From Eledone cirrhosa (Eukaryota): a DNA stretch of 64,000 nt. Shown here piece by piece: positions 1 through 12,700 of the stretch (position 1 is the stretch's first letter; every line of letters begins with the position of its first letter). The stretch lies in NCBI GenBank assembly GCA_964016885.1, contig OZ024758.1, positions 40,135,096-40,199,095 on the forward strand, given 5' to 3'. The position numbers and the translations under genes were made by a program. Under the pieces are notes generated by a model that ran no database searches, had not been told where the DNA came from, and worked only from the letters and a program-made list of their open reading frames with translations.

Positions 1-629
1 GCTTAGCTTAGCTTAGCTTAGGATAGCTTAGCTTAGCTTAGCTTAGGATAGCTTAGCTTAGCTTAGCTTAGGATAGCTTAGCTTAGCTTAGCTTAGGATA
101 GCTTAGCTTAGTTTAGGATAGCTTAGCTTAGCTTAGCTTAGGATAGCTTAGGATAGCTTAGCTTAGGATAGCTTAGGTTAGCTTAGCTTAGGATAGCTTA
201 GGATAGCTTAGGTTAGGATAGCTTAGCTTAGGATAGCTTAGTATAGCTTAGCTTAGGATAGCTTAGGATAGCTTAGCTTAGGATAGCTTAGGATAGCTTA
301 GCTTAGGATAGCTTAGCTTAGGATAGCTTAGGAAAGCTTAGCTTAGCTTAGCTTAGGATAGCTTAGCTTAGCTTAGCTTAGGATAGCTTAGCTTAGCTTA
401 GCTTAGGATAGCTTAGGATAGCTTAGGATAGCTTAGCTTAGGATAGCTTAGCTTAGGAGAGCTTAGCTTAGGATAGCTTAGGATAGCTTAGCTTAGGATA
501 GCTTAGGATAGCTTAGCTTAGGATAGCTTAGCTTAGGATAGCTTAGGATAGCTTAGCTTAGCTTAGCTTAGGATAGCTTAGCTTAGCTTAGCTTAGGATA
601 GCTTAGCTTAGCTTAGCTTAGGATAGCTT

Positions 630-3600
630 AGCTTAGGATAGCTTAGGATTGCTTAGCTTAGCTTAGCTTAGGATAGCTTAGCTTAGCTTAGCTTAGGATA
701 GCTTAGCTTAGCTTAGGATAGCTTAGCTTAGCTTAGCTTAGGATAGCTTAGCTTAGCTTAGCTTAGGATAGCTTAGCTTAGCTTAGCTTAGGATAGCTTA
801 GGATAGCTTAGGATAGCTTAGCTTAGCTTAGCTTAGGATAGCTTAGCTTAGCTTAGGATAGCTTAGCTTAGCTTAGCTTAGGATAGCTTAGCTTAGCTTA
901 GGATAGCTTAGCTTAGCTTAGCTTAGCTTAGGATAGCTTAGCTTAGCTTAGCTTAGGATAGCTTAGCTTAGCTTAGCTTAGGATAGCTTAGCTTAGCTTA
1001 GCTTAGCTTAGGATAGCTTAGCTTAGCTTAGCTTAGGATAGATTAGCTTAGCTTAGGATAGCTTAGCTTAGCTTAGCTTAGGAAAGCTTAGCTTAGCTTA
1101 GGATAGCTTAGCTTAGCTTAGCTTAGGAGAGCTTAGCTTAGCTTAGCTTAGGATAGCTTAGCTTAGCTTAGCTTAGGATAGCTTAGCTTAGCTTAGGTAG
1201 CTTAGCTTAGCTTAGCTTAGGATAGCTTAGCTTAGCTTAGCTTAGCTTAGCTTAGGATAGCTTAGCTTAGCTTAGCTTAGGAGAGCTTAGCTTAGCTTAG
1301 CTTAGGATAGCTTAGGATAGCTTAGCTTAGGATAGCTTAGGATAGCTTACCTTAGGAGAGCTTAGCTTAGGATAGCTTAGCTTAGGATAGCTTAGCTTAG
1401 GATAGCTTAGGATAGCTTAGCTTAGCTTAGCTTAGGATAGCTTAGCTTAGCTTAGCTTAGGATAGCTTAGCTTAGGTTAGCTTAGCTTAGCTTAGCTTAG
1501 CTTAGGATAGCTTAGCTTAGGATAGCTTAGGATAGCTTAGGATAGCTTAGCTTAGGATAGCTTAGCTTAGGATAGCTTAGGATAGCTTAGCTTAGGATAG
1601 CTTAGGATAGCTTAGCTTAGGATAGCTTAGCTTAGGATAGCTTAGGATAGCTTAGCTTAGCTTAGCTTAGGATAGCTTAGCTTAGCTTAGCTTAGGATAG
1701 CTTAGCTTAGCTTAGGATAGCTTAGCTTAGCTTAGCTTAGGATAGCTTAGGATAGCTTAGCTTAGGATAGCTTAGGATAGCTTAGCTTAGGATAGCTTAG
1801 GATAGCTTAGGATAGCTTAGCTTAGCTTAGCTTAGGATAGCTTAGCTTAGCTTAGCTTAGGATAGCTTAGCTTAGCTTAGCTTAGGATAGCTTAGCTTAG
1901 CTTAGGATAGCTTAGCTTAGCTTAGCTTAGGATAGCTTAGCTTAGCTTAGCTTAGGACAGCTTAGCTTAGCTTAGCTTAGGATAGCTTAGCTTAGCTTAG
2001 GATAGCTTAGCTTAGCTTAGCTTAGGATAGCTTAGCTTAGCTTAGCTTAGGATAGCTTAGCTTAGGATAGCTTAGCTTAGGATAGCTTAGCTTAGGTTAG
2101 CTTAGCTTAGCTTAGCTTAGGATAGCTTAGCTTAGCTTAGCTTAGGATAGCTTAGCTTAGCTTAGCTTAGGATAGCTTAGCTTAGCTTAGGATAGCTTAG
2201 GATAGCTTAGCTTAGGATAGCTTAGCTTAGCTTAGCTTAGGATAGCTTAGCTTAGCTTAGCTTAGGATAGCTTAGCTTAGCTTAGCTTAGGATAGCTTAG
2301 CTTAGCTTAGGATAGCTTAGGATAGCTTAGCTTAGGATAGCTTAGGATAGCTTAGCTTAGGATAGCTTAGGATAGCTTAGCTTAGGATAGCTTAGGATAG
2401 CTTAGCTTAGGATAGCTTAGCTTAGGATAGCTTAGCTTAGCTTAGCTTAGGATAGCTTAGCTTAGGATAGCTTAGGATAGCTTAGCTTAGGATAGCTTAG
2501 CTTAGGATAGCTTAGGATAGCTTAGCTTAGCTTAGCTTAGGATAGCTTAGCTTAGCTTAGCTTAGGATAGCTTAGCTTAGCTTAGGATAGCTTAGATTAG
2601 CTTAGCTTAGGATAGCTTAGCTTAGCTTAGCTTAGGATAGCTTAGCTTAGCTTAGCTTAGGATAGCTTAGCTTAGGATAGCTTAGCTTAGGATAGCTTAG
2701 CTTAGGTTAGCTTAGCTTAGCTTAGCTTAGGATAGCTTAGGATAGCTTAGCTTAGGATAGCTTAGCTTAGCTTAGCTTAGGATAGCTTAGCTTAGTTTAG
2801 CTTAGGATAGCTTAGCTTAGCTTAGCTTAGGATAGCTTAGCTTAGGATAGCTTAGGATTGCTTAGCTTAGCTTAGCTTAGGATAGCTTAGCTTAGCTTAG
2901 CTTAGGATAGCTTAGCTTAGCTTAGGATAGCTTAGCTTAGCTTAGCTTAGGATAGCTTAGCTTAGCTTAGCTTAGGATAGCTTAGCTTAGCTTAGCTTAG
3001 GATAGCTTAGGATAGCTTAGGATAGCTTAGCTTTGCTTAGCTTAGGATAGCTTAGCTTAGCTTAGCTTAGGATAGCTTAGCTTAGCTTAGCTTAGGATAG
3101 CTTAGCTTAGCTTAGGATAGCTTAGCTTAGCTTAGCTTAGGATAGCTTAGCTTAGCTTAGCTTAGGATAGCTTAGCTTAGCTTAGCTTAGGATAGCTTAG
3201 CTTAGCTTAGCTTAGGATAGATTAGCTTAGCTTAGGATAGCTTAGCTTAGCTTAGCTTAGGAAAGCTTAGCTTAGCTTAGGATAGCTTAGTTTAGCTTAG
3301 CTTAGGAGAGCTTAGCTTAGCTTAGGATAGCTTAGCTTAGCTTAGCTTAGGATAGCTTAGCTTAGCTTAGCTTAGGTAGCTTAGCTTAGCTTAGCTTAGC
3401 TTAGGATAGCTTAGCTTAGCTTAGCTTAGGAGAGCTTAGCTTAGCTTAGCTTAGGATAGCTTAGGATAGCTTAGCTTAGGATAGCTTAGGATAGCTTACC
3501 TTAGGAGAGCTTAGCTTAGGATAGCTTAGCTTAGGATAGCTTAGGATAGCTTAGCTTAGGGTAGCTTAGCTTAGGATAGCTTAGCTTAGGATAGCTTAGG

Positions 3601-6600
3601 ATAGCTTAGCTTAGCTTAGCTTAGGATAGCTTAGCTTAGCTTAGCTTAGGATAGCTTAGCTTAGGTTAGCTTAGCTTAGCTTAGCTTAGCTTAGGATAGC
3701 TTAGCTTAGGATAGCTTAGGATAGCTTAGCTTAGGATAGCTTAGGATAGCTTAGCTTAGGAGAGCTTAGCTTAGGATAGCTTAGGATAGCTTAGCTTAGG
3801 ATAGCTTAGGATAGCTTAGCTTAGGATAGCTTAGCTTAGGATAGCTTAGGATAGCTTAGCTTAGCTTAGCTTAGGATAGCTTAGCTTAGCTTAGCTTAGG
3901 ATAGCTTAGCTTAGCTTAGCTTAGGATAGCTTAGGATAGCTTAGCTTAGGATAGCTTAGGATAGCTTAGCTTAGGATAGCTTAGGATAGCTTAGGATAGC
4001 TTAGCTTAGCTTAGCTTAGGATAGCTTAGCTTAGCTTAGCTTAGGATAGCTTAGCTTAGCTTAGCTTAGGATAGCTTAGCTTAGCTTAGGATAGCTTAGC
4101 TTAGCTTAGCTTAGGATAGCTTAGCTTAGCTTAGCTTAGGACAGCTTAGCTTATCTTAGCTTAGGATAGCTTAGCTTAGCTTAGGATAGCTTAGCTTAGC
4201 TTAGCTTAGGATAGCTTAGCTTAGCTTAGCTTAGGATAGCTTAGCTTAGGATAGCTTAGCTTAGGATAGCTTAGCTTAGGTTAGCTTAGCTTAGCTTAGC
4301 TTAGGATAGCTTAGGATAGCTTAGCTTAGGATAGCTTAGCTTAGCTTAGCTTAGGATAGCTTAGCTTAGCTTAGCTTAGGATAGCTTAGCTTAGCTTAGC
4401 TTAGGATAGCTTAGCTTAGCTTAGCTTAGGATAGCTTAGCTTAGGATAGCTTAGGATAGCTTAGCTTAGCTTAGCTTAGGATAGCTTAGCTTAGCTTAGC
4501 TTAGGATAGCTTAGCTTAGCTTAGGATAGCTTAGCTTAGCTTAGCTTAGGATAGCTTAGCTTAGCTTAGCTTAGGATAGCTTAGCTTAGCTTAGCTTAGG
4601 ATAGCTTAGGATAGCTTAGGATAGCTTAGCTTAGCTTAGCTTAGGATAGCTTAGCTTAGCTTAGCTTAGGATAGCTTAGCTTAGCTTAGCTTAGGATAGC
4701 TTAGCTTAGCTTAGGATAGCTTAGCTTAGCTTAGCTTAGGATAGCTTAGCTTAGCTTAGCTTAGGATAGCTTAGCTTAGCTTAGCTTAGGATAGCTTAGC
4801 TTAGCTTAGGATAGCTTAGCTTAGCTTAGCTTAGGATAGCTTAGCTTAGGATAGCTTAGGATAGCTTAGCTTAGGATAGCTTAGCTTAGGATAGCTTAGG
4901 ATAGCTTAGCTTAGCTTAGCTTAGGATAGCTTAGCTTAGCTTAGCTTAGGATAGCTTAGCTTAGCTTAGGATAGCTTAGCTTAGCTTAGCTTAGGATAGC
5001 TTAGCTTAGCTTAGCTTAGGATAGCTTAGGATAGCTTAGCTTAGCTTAGCTTAGGATAGCTTAGCTTAGCTTAGCTTAGGATAGCTTAGCTTAGCTTAGC
5101 TTAGGATAGCTTAGCTTAGGATAGCTTAGCTTAGGATAGCTTAGCTTAGGTTAGCTTAGCTTAGCTTAGCTTAGGATAGCTTAGGATAGCTTAGCTTAGG
5201 ATAGCTTAGCTTAGCTTAGCTTAGGATAGCTTAGCTTAGCTTAGCTTAGGATAGCTTAGCTTAGGATAGCTTAGGATTGCTTAGCTTAGCTTAGCTTAGG
5301 ATAGCTTAGCTTAGCTTAGCTTAGGATAGCTTAGCTTAGCTTAGGATAGCTTAGCTTAGCTTAGCTTAGGATAGCTTAGCTTAGCTTAGCTTAGGATAGC
5401 TTAGCTTAGCTTAGCTTAGGATAGCTTAGGATAGCTTAGGATAGCTTAGCTTAGCTTAGCTTAGGATAGCTTAGCTTAGGATAGCTTAGGATAGCTTAGC
5501 TTAGCTTAGCTTAGGATAGCTTAGCTTAGCTTAGCTTAGGATAGCTTAGCTTAGCTTAGGATAGCTTAGCTTAGCTTAGCTTAGGATAGCTTAGCTTAGC
5601 TTAGCTTAGGATAGCTTAGCTTAGCTTAGCTTAGGATAGCTTAGCTTAGGATAGCTTAGCTTAGGATAGCTTAGCTTAGGTTAGCTTAGCTTAGCTTAGC
5701 TTAGGATAGCTTAGGATAGCTTAGCTTAGGATAGCTTAGCTTAGCTTAGCTTAGGATAGCTTAGCTTAGTTTAGCTTAGGATAGCTTAGCTTAGCTTAGC
5801 TTAGGATAGCTTAGCTTAGGATAGCTTAGGATTGCTTAGCTTAGCTTAGCTTAGGATAGCTTAGCTTAGCTTAGCTTAGGATAGCTTAGCTTAGCTTAGG
5901 ATAGCTTAGCTTAGCTTAGCTTAGGATAGCTTAGCTTAGCTTAGCTTAGGATAGCTTAGCTTAGCTTAGCTTAGGATAGCTTAGGATAGCTTAGGATAGC
6001 TTAGCTTTGCTTAGCTTAGGATAGCTTAGCTTAGCTTAGCTTAGGATAGCTTAGCTTAGCTTAGCTTAGGATAGCTTAGCTTAGCTTAGGATAGCTTAGC
6101 TTAGCTTAGCTTAGGATAGCTTAGCTTAGCTTAGCTTAGGATAGCTTAGCTTAGCTTAGCTAAGGATAGCTTAGCTTAGCTTAGCTTAGGATAGATTAGC
6201 TTAGCTTAGGATAGCTTAGCTTAGCTTAGCTTAGGAAAGCTTAGCTTAGCTTAGGATAGCTTAGTTTAGCTTAGCTTAGGAGAGCTTAGCTTAGCTTAGG
6301 ATAGCTTAGCTTAGCTTAGCTTAGGATAGCTTAGCTTAGCTTAGCTTAGGTAGCTTAGCTTAGCTTAGCTTAGGATAGCTTAGCTTAGCTTAGCTTAGCT
6401 TAGGATAGCTTAGCTTAGCTTAGCTTAGGAGAGCTTAGCTTAGCTTAGCTTAGGATAGCTTAGGATAGCTTAGCTTAGGATAGCTTAGGATAGCTTACCT
6501 TAGGAGAGCTTAGCTTAGGATAGCTTAGCTTAGGATAGCTTAGGATAGCTTAGCTTAGGATAGCTTAGCTTAGGATAGCTTAGCTTAGGATAGCTTAGGA

Positions 6601-8700
6601 TAGCTTAGCTTAGCTTAGCTTAGGATAGCTTAGCTTAGCTTAGCTTAGGATAGCTTAGCTTAGGTTAGCTTAGCTTAGCTTAGCTTAGCTTAGGATAGCT
6701 TAGCTTAGGATAGCTTAGGATAGCTTAGCTTAGGATAGCTTAGGATAGCTTAGCTTAGGAGAGCTTAGCTTAGGATAGCTTAGGATAGCTTAGCTTAGGA
6801 TAGCTTAGGATAGCTTAGCTTAGGATAGCTTAGCTTAGGATAGCTTAGGATAGCTTAGCTTAGCTTAGCTTAGGATAGCTTAGCTTAGCTTAGCTTAGGA
6901 TAGCTTAGCTTAGCTTAGCTTAGGATAGCTTAGCTTAGCTTAGCTTAGGATAGCTTAGGATAGCTTAGCTTAGGATAGCTTAGGATAGCTTAGCTTAGGA
7001 TAGCTTAGGATAGCTTAGGATAGCTTAGCTTAGCTTAGCTTAGGATAGCTTAGCTTAGCTTAGCTTAGGATAGCTTAGCTTAGCTTAGCTTAGGATAGCT
7101 TAGCTTAGCTTAGGATAGCTTAGCTTAGCTTAGCTTAGGATAGCTTAGCTTAGCTTAGCTTAGGACAGCTTAGCTTAGCTTAGCTTAGGATAGCTTAGCT
7201 TAGCTTAGGATAGCTTAGCTTAGGATAGCTTAGCTTAGGATAGCTTAGCTTAGGTTAGCTTAGCTTAGCTTAGCTTAGGATAGCTTAGGATAGCTTAGCT
7301 TAGGATAGCTTAGCTTAGCTTAGCTTAGGATAGCTTAGCTTAGCTTAGCTTAGGATAGCTTAGCTTAGCTTAGCTTAGGATAGCTTAGCTTAGCTTAGCT
7401 TAGGATAGCTTAGCTTAGGATAGCTTAGGATAGCTTAGCTTAGCTTAGCTTAGGATAGCTTAGCTTAGCTTAGCTTAGGATAGCTTAGCTTAGCTTAGCT
7501 TAGGATAGCTTAGCTTAGCTTAGGATAGCTTAGCTTAGCTTAGCTTAGGATAGCTTAGCTTAGCTTAGCTTAGGATAGCTTAGCTTAGCTTAGCTTAGGA
7601 TAGCTTAGGATAGCTTAGGATAGCTTAGCTTAGCTTAGCTTAGGATAGCTTAGCTTAGCTTAGCTTAGGATAGCTTAGCTTAGCTTAGCTTAGGATAGCT
7701 TAGCTTAGCTTAGCTTAGGATAGCTTAGCTTAGGATAGCTTAGGATAGCTTAGCTTAGCTTAGCTTAGGATAGCTTAGCTTAGCTTAGCTTAGGATAGCT
7801 TAGCTTAGCTTAGGATAGCTTAGCTTAGCTTAGCTTAGGATAGCTTAGCTTAGCTTAGCTTAGGATAGCTTAGCTTAGCTTAGCTTAGGATAGCTTAGGA
7901 TAGCTTAGGATAGCTTAGCTTAGCTTAGCTTAGGATAGCTTAGCTTAGCTTAGCTTAGGATAGCTTAGCTTAGCTTAGCTTAGGATAGCTTAGCTTAGCT
8001 TAGGATAGCTTAGCTTAGCTTAGCTTAGGATAGCTTAGCTTAGCTTAGCTTAGGATAGCTTAGCTTAGCTTAGCTTAGGATAGCTTAGCTTAGCTTAGGA
8101 TAGCTTAGCTTAGCTTAGCTTAGGATAGCTTAGCTTAGGATAGCTTAGGATAGCTTAGCTTAGGATAGCTTAGCTTAGGATAGCTTAGGATAGCTTAGCT
8201 TAGCTTAGCTTAGGATAGCTTAGCTTAGCTTAGCTTAGGATAGCTTAGCTTAGCTTAGGATAGCTTAGCTTAGCTTAGCTTAGGATAGCTTAGCTTAGCT
8301 TAGCTTAGGATAGCTTAGGATAGCTTAGCTTAGCTTAGCTTAGGATAGCTTAGCTTAGCTTAGCTTAGGATAGCTTAGCTTAGCTTAGCTTAGGATAGCT
8401 TAGCTTAGGATAGCTTAGCTTAGGATAGCTTAGCTTAGGTTAGCTTAGCTTAGCTTAGCTTAGGATAGCTTAGGATAGCTTAGCTTAGGATAGCTTAGCT
8501 TAGCTTAGCTTAGGATAGCTTAGCTTAGCTTAGCTTAGGATAGCTTAGCTTAGGATAGCTTAGGATTGCTTAGCTTAGCTTAGCTTAGGATAGCTTAGCT
8601 TAGCTTAGCTTAGGATAGCTTAGCTTAGCTTAGGATAGCTTAGCTTAGCTTAGCTTAGGATAGCTTAGCTTAGCTTAGCTTAGGATAGCTTAGCTTAGCT
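630..8700 (+). repeat. HOR family A, left cluster: about 3 copies of a 2.2-3.0 kb unit
   Basis: The ordered landmark set GGATT, GATTA, GGAAA, GGAGA, GGTA(del), GGAGA, CCTTA-GGAGA, GGTTA, GGACA repeats. GGTA at 1196, 3375, 6349; GGACA at 1955, 4139, 7163. Boundaries approximate. Confidence 0.85.
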
Positions 8701-9799
8701 TAGCTTAGGATAGCTTAGCTTAGCTTAGCTTAGGATAGCTTAGCTTAGCTTAGCTTAGGATAGCTTAGCTTAGCTTAGCTTAGTATAGCTTAGCTTAGCT
8801 TGGCTTAGGATAGCCTAGCTTAGCTTAGCTTAGGATGGCTTAGCTTAGCTTAGCTTAGGATAGCTTAGCTTAGCTTAGCTTAGCTTAGTTTAGGATAGCT
8901 TAGCTTAGCTTAGCTTAGGATAGCTTAGGATAGCTTAGCTTAGGATAGCTTAGGATAGCTTAACTTAGGATAGCTTAGGATAGCTTAGCTTAGGATAGCT
9001 TAGCTTAGGATAGCTTAGCTTAGGATAGCTTATGATAGCTTAGCATAGGATAGCTTAGGATAGCTTAGGAAAGCTTAGCTTAGCTTAGCTTAGGATAGCT
9101 TAGCTTAGCTTAGGATAGCTTAGCTTAGCTTAGCTTAGCTTAGCTTAGGATAGCTTAGCTTAGCTTAGCTTAGGATAGCTTAGGATAGCTTAGCTTAGGA
9201 TAACTTAGGATAGCTTAGCTTAGGATAGCTTAGGATAGCTTAGCTTAGGATAGCTTAGCTTAGCTTAGCTTAGGATAGCTTAGCTTAGCTTAGCTTAGGA
9301 TAGCTTAGCTTAGCTTAGCTTAGCTTAGGATAGCTTAGCTTAGCTTAGCTTAGGATAGCTTAGGATAGCTTAGCTTAGGATAGCTTAGCTTAGCTTAGCT
9401 TAGGATAGCTTAGCTTAGCTTAGCTTAGGATAGCTTAGCTTAGCTTAGCTTAGGATAGCTTAGCTTAGCTTAGCTTAGGATAGCTTAGCTTAGCTTAGGA
9501 TAGCTTAGCTTAGCTTAGCTTAGGATAGCTTAGCTTAGCTTAGGATAGCTTAGCTTAGCTTAGCTTAGGATAGCTTAGCTTAGCTTAGCTTAGGATAGCT
9601 TAGCTTAGCTTAGGATAGCTTAGCTTAGCTTAGCTTAGGATAGCTTAGCTTAGCTTAGCTTAGGATAGCTTAGCTTAGCTTAGCTTAGGATAGCTTAGCT
9701 TAGCTTAGCTTAGGATAGCTTAGCTTAGCTTAGGATAGCTTAGCTTAGCTTAGCTTAGGATAGCTTAGCTTAGCTTAGCTTAGGATAGCTTAGCTTAGC

Positions 9800-12700
9800 T
9801 TAGCTTAGGATAGCTTAGCTTAGCTTAGCTTAGGATAGCTTAGCTTAGCTTAGCTTAGGATTACTTAGCTTAGCTTAGCTTAGCTTAGGATAGCTTAGCT
9901 TAGGATAGCTTAGCTTAGCTTAGGATAGCTTAGCTTAGCTTAGGATAGCTTAGCTTAGCTTAGCTTAGCTTAGGATAGCTTAGCTTAGCTTAGGATAGCT
10001 TAACTTAGCTTAGCTTAGCTTAGGATAGCTTAGCTTAGCTTAGCTTAGCTTAGGACAGCTTAGCTTAGCTTAGCTTAGGATAGCTTAGCTTAGCTTAGCT
10101 TAGGATAGCTTAGCTTAGCTTAGCTTAGGATAGCTTAGCTTAGCTTAGCTTAGGATAGCTTAGCTTAGCTTAGCTTAGGATAGCTTAGGATAGCTTAGCT
10201 TAGGATAGCTTAGGATAGCTTAGCTTAGGAGAGCTTAGCTTAGGATAGCTTAGCTTAGCTTAGCTTAGGATAGCTTAGCTTGGGATAGCTTAGGATAGCT
10301 TAGCTTAGGAAAGCTTAGCTTAGGATAGCTTAGCTTAGGATAGCTTAGCTTAGCTTAGCTTAGGATAGCTTAGCTTAGCTTAGCTTAGGATAGCTTAGCT
10401 TAGCTTAGGATAGCTTAGCTTAGCTTAGCTTAGGATAGCTTAGCTTAGCTTAGCTTAGGATAGCTTAGCTTAGCTTAGCTTAGGATAGCTTAGCTTAGCT
10501 TAGCTTAGGATAGCTTAGCTTAGCTTAGGATAGCTTAGCTTAGGATAGCTTAGCTTAGGATAGCTTAGCTTAGGATAGCTTAGCTTAGGATAGCTTAGGA
10601 TAGCTTAGCTTAGGATAGCTTAGGATAGCTTAGCTTAGGATAGCTTAGCTTAGCTTAGCTTAGGATATCTTAGCTTAGCTTAGGATAGCTTAGCTTAGCT
10701 TAGCTTAGGATAGCTTAGCTTAGGATAGCTTAGGATAGCTTAGCTTAGCTTAGCTTAGGATAGCTTAGCATAGCTTAGGTTAGCTTAGCTTAGCTTAGGA
10801 TAGCTTAGCTTAGCTTAGGATAGCTTAGCTTAGCTTAGCTTAGGATAGCTTAGCTTAGCTTAGCTTAGGATAGCTTAGCTTAGCTTAGCTTAGGATAGCT
10901 TAGGATAGCTTAGCTTAGGATAGCTTAGCTTAGGATAGCTTAGGATAGCTTAGCTTAGCTTAGGATAGCTTAGCTTAGCTTAGCTTAGGATAGCTTAGCT
11001 TAGCTTAGGATAGCTTAGCTTAGGATAGCTTAGGATAGCTTAGGATAGCTTAGCTTAGGATAGCTTAGCTTAGGATAGCTTAGGATAGCTTAGCTTAGGA
11101 TAGCTTAGGATAGCTTAGCTTAGGATAGCTTAGCTTAGGATAGCTTAGCTTAGCTTAGCTTAGGAGAGCTTAGCTTAGGATAGCTTAGGATAGCTTAGCT
11201 TAGGTAGCTTAGCTTAGGATAGCTTAGGATAGCTTAGCTTAGCTTAGCTTAGGATAGCTTTGCTTAGCTTAGCTTAGGATAGCTTAGCTTAGCTTAGGAT
11301 AGCTTAGCTTAGCTTACCTTAGGATAGCTTAGCTTAGCTTAGCTTAGGATAGCTTAGCTTAGCTTAGCTGAGGATAGCTTAGCTTAGCTTAGGATAGCTT
11401 AGCTTAGCTTAGCTTAGGATAGCTTAGCTTAGCTTAGCTTAGGATTACTTAGCTTAGCTTAGTTTAGCTTAGGATAGCTTAGCTTAGGATAGCTTAGCTT
11501 AGCTTAGCTTAGGATAGCTTAGCTTAGCTTAGCTTAGCTTAGGATAGCTAAGCTTAGCTTAGGATAGCTTAGCTTAGCTTAGCTTAGGATAGCTTAGCTT
11601 AGCTTAGCTTAGCTTAGGACAGCTTAGCTTAGCTTAGCTTAGGATAGCTTAGCTTAGCTTAGCTTAGGATAGCTTAGCTTAGCTTAGCTTAGTATAGCTT
11701 AGCTTAGCTTAGGATAGCTTAGGATAGCTTAGCTTAGGATAGCTTAGGATAGCTTAGCTTAGGATAGCTTAGGATAGCTTAGCTTAGGATAGCTTAGCTT
11801 AGGATAGCTTAGCTTAGCTTAGCTTAGGATAGCTTAGCTTGGGATAGCTTAGGATAGCTTAGCTTAGGAAAGCTTAGCTTAGGATAGCTTAGCTTAGGAT
11901 AGCTTAGGATAGCTTAGCTTAGCTTAGCTTAGGATAGCTTAGCTTAGCTTAGCTTAGGATAGCTTAGCTTAGCTTAGCTTAGGATAGCTTAGCTTAGCTT
12001 AGGATAGCTTAGCTTAGCTTAGCTTAGGATAGCTTAGCTTAGCTTAGCTTAGGATAGCTTAGCTTAGGATAGCTTAGGATAGCTTAGCTTAGCTTAGCTT
12101 AGGATAGCTTAGCATAGCTTAGGATAGCTTAGCTTAGCTTAGGATAGCTTAGCTTAGCTTAGGATAGCTTAGCTTAGCTTAGCTTAGGATAGCTTAGCTT
12201 AGCTTAGCTTAGGATAGCTTAGCTTAGCTTAGCTTAGGATAGCTTAGGATAGCTTAGCCTAGCTTAGCTTAGGATAGCTTAGCTTAGCTTAGCTTAGGAT
12301 AGCTTAGCTTAGCTTAGCTTAGGATAGCTTAGCTTAGCTTAGCTTAGGATAGCTTAGCTTAGGATAGCTTAGCTTAGCTTAGTTTAGGATAGCTTAGCTT
12401 AGGATAGCTTAGCTTAGCTTAGGATAGCTTAGCTTAGCTTAGCTTAGGATAGCTTAGCTTAGCTTAGCTTAGGATAGCTTAGCTTAGCTTAGCTTAGGAT
12501 AGCTTAGCTTAGCTTGGCTTAGGATAGCTTAGCTTAGCTTAGCTTAGGATAGCTTAGCTTAGCTTAGCTTAGGATAGCTTAGCTTAGCTTAGGATAGCTT
12601 AGCTTAATTTAGGATAGCTTAGCTTAGCTTGGCTTAGGATAGCTTAGCTTAGCTTAGGATAGCTTAGCTTAGGATAGCTTAGGATAGCTTAGCTTAGCAT

